From NCBI RefSeq assembly GCF_008065095.1, contig NZ_CP042911.1, forward strand, positions 1,140,001 through 1,172,000: a DNA stretch of 32,000 nt, read 5' to 3'. The notes beneath the pieces were generated by a model. That model ran no database searches, was not told the origin of the DNA, and was given only the letters and a program-made list of their open reading frames with translations. The DNA comes from Gemmata obscuriglobus. Lineage in GTDB: Bacteria > Planctomycetota > Planctomycetia > Gemmatales > Gemmataceae. The translations under genes were made by a program, and so were the position numbers. Positions 8,141 through 16,989 of the stretch are shown here, in pieces (position 1 is the stretch's first letter; every line of letters begins with the position of its first letter).

Positions 8141-8767
8141 ATGACGGAAGCGGAATGGCTGGCGTGTGACAACCCGGAGGCGATGCTTCAAGTGCTGGGC
8201 ACGCCGAGCCCGCGCCGGATGCGACTGTTCGCCTGCGCCTGCTGCTGGCGGATCGCGTCACAACTGACCGAGGCGGGACGGCGGGCGATCGAGGCCGCCG
8301 AGCGCTTCGCGGACGCCGGTGCGGCTCAAGACGAGCTACGTCCCGTTCTGGTATCGTTCCGGTCGATGGAACTGCGGAACCAAGGCGCGAACCTCGACAC
8401 GCATCTCGCTGTGAGTGATGCGCTGGACGTGCGGGACGGCAATCGCACTGCGATATGGGCGAGCCGTTGGGCCGCGTCGGGCGCCGCCGATACCCCAGCA
8501 GAATGGAAGGCGCAGGCCGCGTTGGTGCGCTGCATCTTCCGCCGCGCGCCCCCCTCCCCGCTCGACGCGGCGTACCGCACCGACACTGTCCTGGCGCTGG
8601 CCGCGCAGATGTACGAGTCCCGCGACTTCAGCGCCATGCCGATCCTCGCGGATGCGCTCCAGGATGCCGGGTGCGACAACGCCGACGTGCTCGACCACTG
8701 CCGCGACCCCGAGGGCGCCCACGCCCGTGGCTGCTGGGTGGTAGACCTCGTACTCGGTAAAGAGTGA
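8141..8767 (+). CDS. paralog 1 of a Gemmata/planctomycete-expanded family (208 aa), unknown function
   Basis: The N-terminus MTEAEWLAC and the C-terminal block MYESRDFSAMPILADALQDAGCDNADVLDHCRDPEGAHARGCWVVDLVLGKE are shared with 9349-9969 and 10506-11135. The ADxLxxxGCD segment resembles the ADWLEExGD motif of the Gemmata repeat-companion domain (from memory). Confidence 0.85.
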   Translation: MTEAEWLACDNPEAMLQVLGTPSPRRMRLFACACCWRIASQLTEAGRRAIEAAERFADAGAAQDELRPVLVSFRSMELRNQGANLDTHLAVSDALDVRDGNRTAIWASRWAASGAADTPAEWKAQAALVRCIFRRAPPSPLDAAYRTDTVLALAAQMYESRDFSAMPILADALQDAGCDNADVLDHCRDPEGAHARGCWVVDLVLGKE

Positions 8768-8871
8768 CGGCCGCTTGTGGAGGTGATGACTGGCGGATAC
8801 CTTTTGCATGAACATTCATCATCACGCCAATCGTGAATCGATCACGAAGGCGATTTTCCAGGAGTAAGCGT

Positions 8872-9297
8872 ATGTCGTTCGATTCGGATGAGGAGCCGCC
8901 CGTCCGGCGGCGCTCGCGGCTGTGGTCCGTCGCCGTCGTGTTCCTGCTCGTCGCCGCCGGTGTGGCGCTGTGGGTGTGGCTCCGGGCGGACCCGTACTTC
9001 ATCAACCGGCCCGACATGAAGGCGTCGAAGGCGCTGCTGGACACGGCCCGGAACCGGCCCCTCACCGACGAGGAGTTCGAGCAAGCGCTCGCCCTGCTGA
9101 CCACCCCGACCAAGGCCGCCCAACTGGCCGCGATCGCGACCGTCCAGGCCGACGTGGCCCGCGTGCCCGCCCGGCGCGAGCGGGCGATCGCGGCCCTGGA
9201 GCGGTGCCAGGAAGGCGCCCCGCCGGAGATCGCCCGGGCCGCGGCGCAAGCGGTCGCCCGGCTGAAGGAGCCGCCGCCACCCGCCCCGGCCCCTTGA
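8872..9297 (+). CDS. membrane-anchored Ala-rich helical protein (141 aa), unknown function
   Basis: ATG at 8872 with AGGAG 8-9 nt upstream. One TM segment (LWSVAVVFLLVAAGVALWVWL), then an amphipathic helical sequence and a Pro-rich end. Confidence 0.55.
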   Translation: MSFDSDEEPPVRRRSRLWSVAVVFLLVAAGVALWVWLRADPYFINRPDMKASKALLDTARNRPLTDEEFEQALALLTTPTKAAQLAAIATVQADVARVPARRERAIAALERCQEGAPPEIARAAAQAVARLKEPPPPAPAP

Positions 9298-9348
9298 CCC
9301 GCGCGCCCCGCACCCCGCACCGACGAGCTAACCACGAGGACTCACGGC

Positions 9349-9969
9349 ATGACGGAAGCGGAGTGGCTGGCGTGCGCGGACCCGAACCTGTTCTTGCTCG
9401 CTTTGCAGGGCAAGGCAAGCGACCGAAAGATGCGGTTGTGTGCGTGTGCCATTGTCCGTTGGGAGCCCGGGTACACCTCGGATGAACTCCGGCAGCGCGG
9501 GGTGAAACTCGCGGAACGGGTCGCCGACGGGTTAGCGACCGAAGAGGAGTGGGAGGACATGCGTGAGGAACTCCAGGTGCGTAAAGAGCATGAGGTAGCG
9601 CAAGGGGAGTTCGACCGGGCGATCGCCACGCGCAACGCTCAATACTGTCTGGACCGTAACCGGAGATACTTCTCTTGGTTCGATCCGGGGCATCGGGTGC
9701 TGCCGCCGGAAAGCACGCTCGTGATCCGCTGCATCTTCGGGAACCCGTTCCGCCCGGTCGCTTTCGCTCCGGAGTGGCGCACCAGCACCGCCGTGGCGCT
9801 GGCACAAGGCATGTACGAGTCCCGCGACTTCAGCGCCATGCCGATCCTCGCCGACGCGCTCCAAGATGCGGGCTGCGATAACGACGCCATGCTCGACCAC
9901 TGCCGCGACCCCGAGGGCGTTCACGCCCGCGGGTGCTGGGTGGTCGATTTGGTGCTGGGGAAGGAGTGA
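9349..9969 (+). CDS. paralog 2 of the MTEAEWL family (206 aa)
   Basis: Same N- and C-terminal blocks as paralog 1. Also shares GNPFRPVAFAPEWRTSTAVA with paralog 3. Confidence 0.85.
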   Translation: MTEAEWLACADPNLFLLALQGKASDRKMRLCACAIVRWEPGYTSDELRQRGVKLAERVADGLATEEEWEDMREELQVRKEHEVAQGEFDRAIATRNAQYCLDRNRRYFSWFDPGHRVLPPESTLVIRCIFGNPFRPVAFAPEWRTSTAVALAQGMYESRDFSAMPILADALQDAGCDNDAMLDHCRDPEGVHARGCWVVDLVLGKE

Positions 9970-10003
9970 GGGTGTTTGTTCAGAAGGACGAGGTGGGTGC
10001 GAG

Positions 10004-10387
10004 ATGGCGCGTGACCTGGGAGTGTATCGGTTCGAAGACATCGTTGAGGGACCAACCGGCTCCTGGCACGTCCGCGACGGAGCCGAGGATTTGTTCGATC
10101 GTCCGCTCGGCAGCGAGTCGGCGGTCCGCGTGTTCTGGTCCGAACCGGCAACGGCACTCGGGCTGCCGTTGATCGCGTCCGTGTACGAATACGGATTCTA
10201 CCACGGGGTTCGGTGGTCCGGGGACCAGTTCCGGGCGGTGGCCGCGGAGGTGGACCGGTTAGAAGCGTACTGGATTGCGGCCGGTTTACCGCCGGACACG
10301 CTGGCCGACCTGCGCGCGCGAGCCGCACTCGTAAGACAGGCCGTGTCCGCGGCCGAGGCGTGCGGCGGTTGGGTCGTCATCACATGA
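10004..10387 (+). CDS. hypothetical protein (127 aa)
   Basis: ATG at 10004, 34 nt after the paralog 2 stop. Balanced composition (MARDLGVYRFEDIVEGPTGSWHVRDG...). I recognise no family. Confidence 0.5.
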   Translation: MARDLGVYRFEDIVEGPTGSWHVRDGAEDLFDRPLGSESAVRVFWSEPATALGLPLIASVYEYGFYHGVRWSGDQFRAVAAEVDRLEAYWIAAGLPPDTLADLRARAALVRQAVSAAEACGGWVVIT

Positions 10388-10505
10388 TACGCAGGAGCCG
10401 GCGCCGCACCGGACCCGGCCACCCCGTCACGCTGACCGCCCACCACCTCCGCGGTCGTGGTGTCCCGGGTCGCGGTCACTGTTCACATGGCGGGGGGCGG
10501 TTGCG

Positions 10506-11135
10506 ATGACGGAAGCGGAATGGCTCGGGCAACCCGACCTTGTCAGTCTTGAGAAGTTCATTCTCCAAGGCGGCGGGGAAAAACGCCGATTGCGGCTTCT
10601 CGCGTGCGCGTGTGTTCGCGCCGACTGGGAGATTGCGTCCGAAGGAGCCCGTGAGGCGATTCAGGCGGCTGAAGCTTACGCCGATGGCTCACTCCCAAAG
10701 GGTGCATTGAACCTCGCGGGGGACGCGGCCAGACGGGATTACATGGGTTTTAATCGAGGTACGAAAAGACAAATAGTTGCCATGCGAGCGGCCACTGTGA
10801 CCAACCCCAATGTTCAGGGCGCGCTGCGCGGGGTGCTCTGCGTGGGAATTTACCGCGAACCGGCTCTGCAGCGACGGCGAGCCAAGTTGGTCCTTGACGT
10901 TTACGGTAACCCGTTCCGCCCCGTTACTTTCGCTCCGGAGTGGCGCACCAGCACCGCAGTTGCAATCGCACGTCAGATGTACAAAACACACGACTTCAGC
11001 GCGATGCCGATCCTCGCCGACGCGCTTCAGGATGCGGGCTGCGACAGCGCCGACGTGCTCGACCACTGCCGCGACCCGAAGGGCGTTCACGTCCGCGGCT
11101 GCTGGGTGGTCGATTCGGTGCTCGGCAAGGGGTGA
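10506..11135 (+). CDS. paralog 3 of the MTEAEWL family (209 aa)
   Basis: MTEAEWLG start. C-terminal block YGNPFRPVTFAPEWRTSTAVAIARQMYKTHDFSAMPILADALQDAGCDSADVLDHCRDPKGVHVRGCWVVDSVLGKG. Confidence 0.85.
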   Translation: MTEAEWLGQPDLVSLEKFILQGGGEKRRLRLLACACVRADWEIASEGAREAIQAAEAYADGSLPKGALNLAGDAARRDYMGFNRGTKRQIVAMRAATVTNPNVQGALRGVLCVGIYREPALQRRRAKLVLDVYGNPFRPVTFAPEWRTSTAVAIARQMYKTHDFSAMPILADALQDAGCDSADVLDHCRDPKGVHVRGCWVVDSVLGKG

Positions 11136-11154
11136 CCAGCAACGTGTGCAGAAA

Positions 11155-11508
11155 GGTCTGGCCTTGAGTGTGGTCCGCTCGCTCCGCGAGCGGTCGCGTT
11201 ACTGCGGGTGACGGTATGAGAAGCTCACCGAGGCGCGAAGCACCGCTCGCGGAGCGAGCGGGCCACACTCAAATCTGTAGCCGGCCTCTGTGAGGCCGGT
11301 ACACGGGTGGGGTCGCACCGGCCTCACAGAGGCCGGTTACAGAATACCGCCACCGTCCAACCGAATCCGGTATGACCGGCGACGGTTGCCGAGGTGTCTG
11401 GGTCTTGAGGGTGGTCCGCTCGCTCCGCGAGCGGTCGCGTGGTCGTGAGTGACGGTATGAGAAGCTCACCGAGGCGCGAAGCACCGCTCGCGGAGCGAGC
11501 GGGCCACA
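11155..11508. repeat. nested repeat block: two ~113-bp direct repeats (11155-11267, 11395-11508), each internally palindromic, flanking an inverted pair of ccggcctc-nnn-gaggccgg hairpins (11280-11298, 11317-11335)
   Basis: The unit gtctgg..cttgag.gtggtccgctcgctccgcgagcggtcgcg...gtgacggtatgagaagctcaccgaggcgcgaagcaccgctcgcggagcgagcgggccacac occurs twice. Within a unit, gtggtccgctcgctccgcgagcggt pairs with accgctcgcggagcgagcgggccac with one mismatch. Confidence 0.9.
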
Positions 11509-11540
11509 CGGGAGGTCGGAACCGGCCCACACCGTTCGCA

Positions 11541-13667
11541 TCACTTCTTATCTTTCTTGGGCTCTTCCTTCTTGGGTTCCGTCTTCTTGGGTTCGGGCTT
11601 CTTCGCCTCTTCCTTCTTGGGCTCGGGCTTCTTGGGCTCCTCCTTCTTGGGCTCGGTCACGTCCAGCGTGACCAGCAGCGTGACCGCGAAGTCCTTTCCG
11701 CCCACCTTGGTCGTCGCGCGGAACACCAGCGGCGTCGGCCCCGCGGCGGCGCCGGGCTGCACGGTCAAACCGATCTCGCCCTTGGCCTGCCCCTTCGCGA
11801 CCGGCTTCACGGCGGGCACCACCGTCGGCGGGACGAGCAGCGGCGCGAGCGCGATGTCGCCGTCGGCGCCGGCCCCGCGGGTCACGTCCAGAACGATCTT
11901 GCCGGCCTTGCCCTTCTCCACCGCGGCCGGGTCGAACGTCGCCTTGAGCGCGAACGGCGGCGCGTCGGTCACCCCGACGGCGCACCGGTCGAGCAGCTCG
12001 GCCGGCGGGTTCGGGATGCCGCCCAGGTTCGCCTTCACCGCGTCGGTCAGCGTGCCGTAGCGCGTCACGGTCGCGCCGTCGGCGGCGATCGTGCCCTTCA
12101 CCCGGAACGGGTACGCGCCGGGCTTGGTCCCCGCCTTCACTTCGAGCGGCACGAACGCGACCGTCTGCCCCGCGGGGAGCGTCGCCTTACCGCCCGCAAC
12201 CGCGCCGCCGTCGATGCTCAGGTCCACCGGACCGGCGTACCCGTTGAGGCGGGTCACGGTGGCCATCACCGCGGTGGCGCCCCCGGCGGGCGCTTCGGCG
12301 CGGTCGAGCGCGAGCGCGACGGCGAAGTCCGGGCCGGCGGGGGCGACCGTGAGCAGGTAGACCTCGTTCGGGCCGTGGAGGAAGTTCTGGTGCTCGCAGG
12401 CGAGCACGTACTCGCCGTCGGCGGCGGGCGTGAACTCGAACCGGTTGACCGGCGCCGCCGGGTTGCTCCGGGCCACCTCGGCGCCCTTGGCGTCGAGCAC
12501 CCGCACCAGCACCTCGGCCGGCGAGTTCACCTCGAACGTGGACACCGACACCGCGAGCTTCTGCCCCTTCTTCCCGGTCACGGCGAAGTGGTCCACGTCG
12601 TTCGGCTTGTCGAACCGCCCGGACGCGCCGCCGGGCACCGGGAGCTTGTTCGCTTTCGCGCGGTCGTCGTTCGGCTCCTGCTCGGTGATCTGCGGGTGGT
12701 CGGTGACCAGCACCGGGACCGGCCAGCCCGCGTCCTTGCCGGCAGACGGCACCGCGTAGACCGCGCCGCCCGCGTCCTTCGGCACCGCGAGGGCCGTCGC
12801 GGGGACCGTTTCGGGGCCGGCGAACCCGACCTTCGCTTCCTTGCCCCGCTCGGCCGCAAGGGGGAACGCGGTGGTGGCGCCGGGGAAGTCGCCGATCCGG
12901 AGCCGGTAGAAGTAGTCGCCCCCGCCGCGGTGCGTGGTGTCGCGCACCTCCACGAGCACCTCCCCCGCCTCCTTGAACGTGTGCGCGAGCCGGCAGTCGC
13001 CCTGGAGCCCGGGCGTGTCGTCAGCGTACAGGTCGATCAGCTCGCGCCGCGTCTTGGCGTCGTGGAGCACGACGATCGGGTCGAGCGGCGACCCGATGCG
13101 CCGGGCCAGCACCTCGAACGCGAGCTTCTGCCCCGCGGCCACCTTCACCTTGTAGAAGTCCGACGTTTCGGCCGCGACGGAGCCGCTCGCCACGCACGGC
13201 ACCGGCACCGCCTGCGCGGCGTCCTTCGAGCGGCCCGCGCCGGTCGCGGCGACCGGCGGGAGCGGGTCCACCACGAACGGGCGGGCGTTCGAGGCGCCGT
13301 GCTTGGTCGCCGCCCGCACCGTGTACAGCCCGGGCGGGCACTGCGGGTCCACCTTCACCTTCACGCGCAGCTTCGCGGGGTCGGTGCCGTTCTTGTTGTC
13401 GGTCGGGACGCTCACCCGGCCCGGGCAGCTCAGGAGCACGCCCGCGGGGTCGGCGAGGTTGGTGCCGGTGAGGACGAGTTCCACCTCGTCGCCGGGCCGC
13501 GCGCCCAGGTTCGCGGGCGTCGTGAGCGTGGGGGCTTGCGGCGCGGGGGTGACGACGGGCGCTTTCGGCTGCGCCCGCGCGACGCGGCCGTCGGTCGAGA
13601 GCATCGCGGCCGCGCCGGCCGCGAACCCGGCGAGCGCGAGCGTCCAGGTGAGACGTCGAGATTGCAT
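11541..13667 (-). CDS. secreted multi-domain beta-sandwich protein with pre-peptidase-C-terminal (PPC)-like modules and a Lys/Glu/Pro-rich C-terminal tail (708 aa)
   Basis: ATG at 13667 gives the signal-like MQSRRLTWTLALAGFAAGAAAML. There are two PPC-like signatures (DFYKVKVAAGQKLAFEV...YFYRLRIG and DVDHFAVTGKKGQKLAVSV...VYLLTV). The tail is KKEEPKKPEPKKEEAKKPEPKKTEPKKEEPKKDKK. The function is not known. Confidence 0.85.
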   Translation of the reverse strand: MQSRRLTWTLALAGFAAGAAAMLSTDGRVARAQPKAPVVTPAPQAPTLTTPANLGARPGDEVELVLTGTNLADPAGVLLSCPGRVSVPTDNKNGTDPAKLRVKVKVDPQCPPGLYTVRAATKHGASNARPFVVDPLPPVAATGAGRSKDAAQAVPVPCVASGSVAAETSDFYKVKVAAGQKLAFEVLARRIGSPLDPIVVLHDAKTRRELIDLYADDTPGLQGDCRLAHTFKEAGEVLVEVRDTTHRGGGDYFYRLRIGDFPGATTAFPLAAERGKEAKVGFAGPETVPATALAVPKDAGGAVYAVPSAGKDAGWPVPVLVTDHPQITEQEPNDDRAKANKLPVPGGASGRFDKPNDVDHFAVTGKKGQKLAVSVSTFEVNSPAEVLVRVLDAKGAEVARSNPAAPVNRFEFTPAADGEYVLACEHQNFLHGPNEVYLLTVAPAGPDFAVALALDRAEAPAGGATAVMATVTRLNGYAGPVDLSIDGGAVAGGKATLPAGQTVAFVPLEVKAGTKPGAYPFRVKGTIAADGATVTRYGTLTDAVKANLGGIPNPPAELLDRCAVGVTDAPPFALKATFDPAAVEKGKAGKIVLDVTRGAGADGDIALAPLLVPPTVVPAVKPVAKGQAKGEIGLTVQPGAAAGPTPLVFRATTKVGGKDFAVTLLVTLDVTEPKKEEPKKPEPKKEEAKKPEPKKTEPKKEEPKKDKK

Positions 13668-13715
13668 ACGAAGGGCCTCGGGAGGGATCTCGTGCCCGGT
13701 CCGCTGTGCCCGCTT

Positions 13716-13785
13716 CTTGTGGCACAGACATTCCTGTCTGTGCGGTTCTGGTGCGCCGCACAGACAGGAATGTCTGTGCCACAAG
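13716..13785. repeat. palindromic repeat, family A, copy 1 (30-bp perfect arms, 10-nt loop)
   Basis: cttgtggcacagacattcctgtctgtgcgg / ttctggtgcg / ccgcacagacaggaatgtctgtgccacaag. Similar flanks extend outward (for example aagaaacagaaacc...ccggatcgtgaatcag). It lies in a divergent intergenic region. Confidence 0.95.
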
Positions 13786-13918
13786 AAACAGAAACCAGGA
13801 ACAGGCACCGGCAACCGGATCGTGAATCAGGCGGGATGCCGCGATGATACCGGTTCCGGCGCCGCGTGGCGAGTGGGAAGCCGCCGCGGGGCGCGCGACC
13901 CGCTACAGTAACGGCACC

Positions 13919-15490
13919 ATGAGCGACACCCCCGGCAACAGCTACGACGACGTCCCCTACGACAGCTTCGCGTACCCGCACACGCACCCGGCGCGGCTCG
14001 CGACCGTCGCCACCCTCTTCGGGCTCGCACCGCCGGACGTGGCCCGGTGCCGCGTGCTCGAACTCGGCTGCGCCGCGGGCGGCAACATCATCCCGATGGC
14101 GGAAGCGTTCCCCCACAGCGCCTTCGTGGGGATCGACCTTTCCGGCCGGCAGATCGCGGACGGCACCGCCGTGGTGCGGGAGTGCGGGCTCACGAACGTG
14201 CGCCTCGAACACGCCAGCATCACGGACCTGGACGGCTCCTACGGCGAGTTCGATTACGTCCTGTGCCACGGGGTGTTCTCGTGGGTGCCGCCGGCGGTGC
14301 AGGAGGCGATTTTCGCGGCGTGCGCGCGGCACCTGGCGCCGAACGGGGTCGCGTTCGTGTCGTACAACACGTACCCCGGCTGGCACATGCGCGGGATGAT
14401 CCGCGACATGATGCGGTACCACGCGCTCCAGTTCGACCGGCCCGACGAGCGCGTCGGCCAGGCCCGCGCGCTGCTCGACTTCCTCGCCCAGACGACGCAG
14501 AAGGAGGCCGGCGCCTACGGGGTGCTGCTGCGGTCCGAACTCGACCTCCTGAAGCACCAGTCCGACCACTACCTCTACCACGAGCAGCTCGAAGAGCACA
14601 ACCAGCCGCTGTACTTCCACCAGTTCGTCGCCCGGGCCGAGCCGCACGGGCTGCGGTACCTCGGCGAGGCCCTCGTCAACACGATGCTGCCGGGCAACTT
14701 CGGCCCCGACGTGCAGAAGACGCTGGCCCAGCTCGCGCCAGGGCAGATCCAGACCGAACAGTACCTGGACTTCGTCCGCAACCGCACGTTCCGCGAGACG
14801 CTGCTCGTGCGCGCCGACAACGTGCCCAACTGGGAGATGGTCCCGGAGCGCGTGTTCAACCTGCACGTGTCGTGCGGGGCGAAGGCGGTCGGGAGGGCGA
14901 CGGACCCGGGCACGAAGGCGCCGATGCAGTTCCGCGGCCCCAGCGGGATGGTGCTGTCCGCGAGCAACCCGGTCTTCAAGGCCGCCATGATGGAACTCAT
15001 CGGGGCGTGGCCCGGGACCGTACACTTCCCCGAGTTGCTCGACCGGAGCGCGGCGCGGCTGGGGCGGCCGGCGTCGGAGGAGGACCGGCAGGCGCTCGCG
15101 GCTGGGGTGCTGAACGCGCACGTGTCGTCGGACCTGGTCGAGCTGTCGGCCGCCCCGGTGCGGTTCGCGCGGGTGCCGCCCGAGCGGCCGGTCGCGCTGG
15201 TTCACGCCCGGGCGGCGGCGAAGGGCGGGCGCACGTCGGTGTCGAACCGGCGGCACGAAACGGTGAGGCTGGACGACCTGAGTTCGCGGCTGCTGCCGCT
15301 GCTCGACGGCACCCGCGACCGCGCCGCGCTGGTCGAGGCGCTGGCCGCGCTGGCGAGGGCCGGCGAGCTGACGGTGCAGCGCGGCGGGCAGGCGCTCGCG
15401 GACGCCGACGCGATCCGCGCGAGCGTCGCGGGCGCGCTGGAGGACGCGCTCGGCGAACTGGCCCGCGACGCGCTGCTCGCGGAGGTGTGA
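13919..15490 (+). CDS. class I SAM-dependent methyltransferase with a C-terminal 'methyltransferase regulatory' domain (523 aa)
   Basis: ATG at 13919. The start MSDTPGNSYDDVPYDSFAYPHTHPARLATVATLFGL plus the SAM motif I VLELGCAAGGN is the typical opening of this family. The long C-terminal domain matches the family architecture (from memory, PF10119-like). Confidence 0.88.
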   Translation: MSDTPGNSYDDVPYDSFAYPHTHPARLATVATLFGLAPPDVARCRVLELGCAAGGNIIPMAEAFPHSAFVGIDLSGRQIADGTAVVRECGLTNVRLEHASITDLDGSYGEFDYVLCHGVFSWVPPAVQEAIFAACARHLAPNGVAFVSYNTYPGWHMRGMIRDMMRYHALQFDRPDERVGQARALLDFLAQTTQKEAGAYGVLLRSELDLLKHQSDHYLYHEQLEEHNQPLYFHQFVARAEPHGLRYLGEALVNTMLPGNFGPDVQKTLAQLAPGQIQTEQYLDFVRNRTFRETLLVRADNVPNWEMVPERVFNLHVSCGAKAVGRATDPGTKAPMQFRGPSGMVLSASNPVFKAAMMELIGAWPGTVHFPELLDRSAARLGRPASEEDRQALAAGVLNAHVSSDLVELSAAPVRFARVPPERPVALVHARAAAKGGRTSVSNRRHETVRLDDLSSRLLPLLDGTRDRAALVEALAALARAGELTVQRGGQALADADAIRASVAGALEDALGELARDALLAEV

Positions 15491-15530
15491 CGCCGAATCC
15501 GGTCGGCCAACGGCGCTCGTTTTGGCTGCT

Positions 15531-15570
15531 TTCTTTGTGGCACAGACAGAAATGCCTGTGCCACAAGAAA
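15531..15570. repeat. palindromic repeat, family A, short variant (copy 2)
   Basis: ttgtggcacag / acagaaatgc / ctgtgccacaa retains only the outer arm segments. It is the centre of a larger imperfect palindrome, about 15482-15660, whose ends ggtgtgacgccgaatccgg and ctggattcggtatcacacc match at 16/19 positions. Confidence 0.85.
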
Positions 15571-15684
15571 CAAAACCAAAGCCGACACCGGTAACGGAAT
15601 CGTGTATCAGAGGCCGGCGACAGAAGGCAGTTATTCTTCAACTGGATTCGGTATCACACCAACGTGACGGAGACCCAAGAAGAG

Positions 15685-15761
15685 TTTGACAGGATCGACA
15701 GGATAAACAGGATTTCAAACTGATCTGTCTTCATCCGGTGAATCCTGTTCATCCTGTCAAA
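15685..15761. repeat. palindromic repeat, family D (gacaggat-type), copy 1
   Basis: tttgacaggatcgacaggataaacaggat...aatcctgttcatcctgtcaaa. Related copies are at 23928-23996 and 25284-25354. Confidence 0.85.
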
Positions 15762-15845
15762 AGCGGCCTCCGCAACAACATGAGACGAGTCCCGACGCCC
15801 GCTCGGCTCGGAAGCGCCTGCGCAACCGGGCTCGTCACCCGGCGG

Positions 15846-16631
15846 CTACCGGATCAGGTCCGTGGTCACCTGGAGCACTTGGCTCTCGAGCTGAAGGGCC
15901 TGCGTGTTGAACCGGAACGCCTGCTGGGCGACGATCAGGTTGACCAGCTCGTTCGCCAGCTCGACGTTCGACTGCTCCAGCCGGCCGCTCTCCACGCTGC
16001 CGATCCCGTTCGTGTTCGGCGCCCCGTTGATGGCGTCGCCCGCGGCCGGGGTCGCGGTGTACACGTTGTCGCCGGACCGCGACAGCCCGCCCGGGTTCAC
16101 GAACCGCGTCAGCGTGACCTGCCCGATCACCTGCGCGGTGCCGTTGTCGAGCGCCGCGGTGACCGTCCCGTCCGGCGCGACCGTGATCGACGAGGTGTTC
16201 GCCGGGACGATCAGGTCGCTCACCAGCCGGTAGCCCTGCGGGGTCACCAGTTGCCCGGTGTTGTCGGTCACGAAGTTGCCGGCCCGCGTGTACCCGGTGC
16301 TCCCGTCCGGCAGGATCACCTGGAAGAACCCTTCGCCCTGGATCGCCAGGTCGAACCGCCCGGTCGATTCCAGCGCGGCCCCTTGGGTGAACTTCCCGGT
16401 GATGGCGTCCACCACCACCCCGGAGCCGATCTGCGTGCCGCTGGGCGGGGTCACGCCGGTCGTGGGCGCGCCGACCGGGTCGGCGGCGCGGTACAACTGG
16501 TCCTGGAACGTGATCTGGCCCGTCTTGTAACCCGGGGTGTCCGAGTTCGCAATGTTGTTGCTCGTCACGTCGAGGTACGTCGACGCCGCCCGGATGCCGC
16601 TGGCGCTGGAGGTGATGGCACTGGCTAGCAT
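15846..16631 (-). CDS. flgG: flagellar basal-body distal rod protein FlgG (261 aa)
   Basis: N-terminal NNIANSDTPGYK, central GEGFFQVILPDGSTGYTRAGNF and C-terminal LEQSNVELANELVNLIVAQQAFRFNTQ match the conserved FlgG/rod-family blocks. The length also matches FlgG. Confidence 0.88.
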   Translation of the reverse strand: MLASAITSSASGIRAASTYLDVTSNNIANSDTPGYKTGQITFQDQLYRAADPVGAPTTGVTPPSGTQIGSGVVVDAITGKFTQGAALESTGRFDLAIQGEGFFQVILPDGSTGYTRAGNFVTDNTGQLVTPQGYRLVSDLIVPANTSSITVAPDGTVTAALDNGTAQVIGQVTLTRFVNPGGLSRSGDNVYTATPAAGDAINGAPNTNGIGSVESGRLEQSNVELANELVNLIVAQQAFRFNTQALQLESQVLQVTTDLIR

Positions 16632-16989
16632 AGTTGATGCGCCGGTTGGGGTGTAATACGATCGTGCCTGTTCAGTCTCGGTCCGCCCGGGCCGCGAACC
16701 AAACCCGGGCCGCGAAGTTCGTCGCGCCGCCCGCCGGCCCCGGGCCGACGAACCGCACGACCGCTACGAACCCGCCGCCGGGCCGCGCTGCATCTTACCT
16801 CCCCGTTCGGGCCGCCGCCACGAGCACGCGCCGCACGGCCCGCAAAACTTCGGCCCCCGGGGCTTCCGCGCTAACATTCGCGAACGGTAAGCGCGCAAGA
16901 GCCGCCCCGCCCGACCGCCCGCGCTGTGTTGACCGCCCCGGCCGGTCGCGTCACAATGACACCGCCCCGCTGTTCCGCACCCGTGATAC

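Noticed and set aside
6302-8261. Very long ORFs overlapping the PQQ-like and rhodanese genes (6302-7939 plus strand, 545 aa; 6597-8261 minus strand, 554 aa).
   Set aside because: Their translations are dominated by Arg/Gly/Pro/Ala runs with no recognisable motifs, which is the usual off-frame artefact in high-GC DNA. The alternative frames encode clear rhodanese and PQQ-like sequences with RBS-supported starts.
11439-15594. Long antisense or off-frame ORFs (11439-13847 plus strand, 802 aa; 13430-15256 minus strand, 608 aa; 14047-15594 plus strand, 515 aa).
   Set aside because: They show the same Arg/Gly/Pro-rich artefact composition. They overlap the PPC-like secreted protein and the methyltransferase, whose frames carry family-specific motifs.
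16929-16957. A sigma70-like promoter, TTGACC-N17-CACAAT, about 160 nt upstream of the kinase gene, and a similar gtacaatgac at about 23149-23158 upstream of the DUF4058-like gene.
   Set aside because: These are single hexamer matches in GC-rich DNA, and the promoter consensus of this lineage is unknown to me. The evidence is too weak to annotate.
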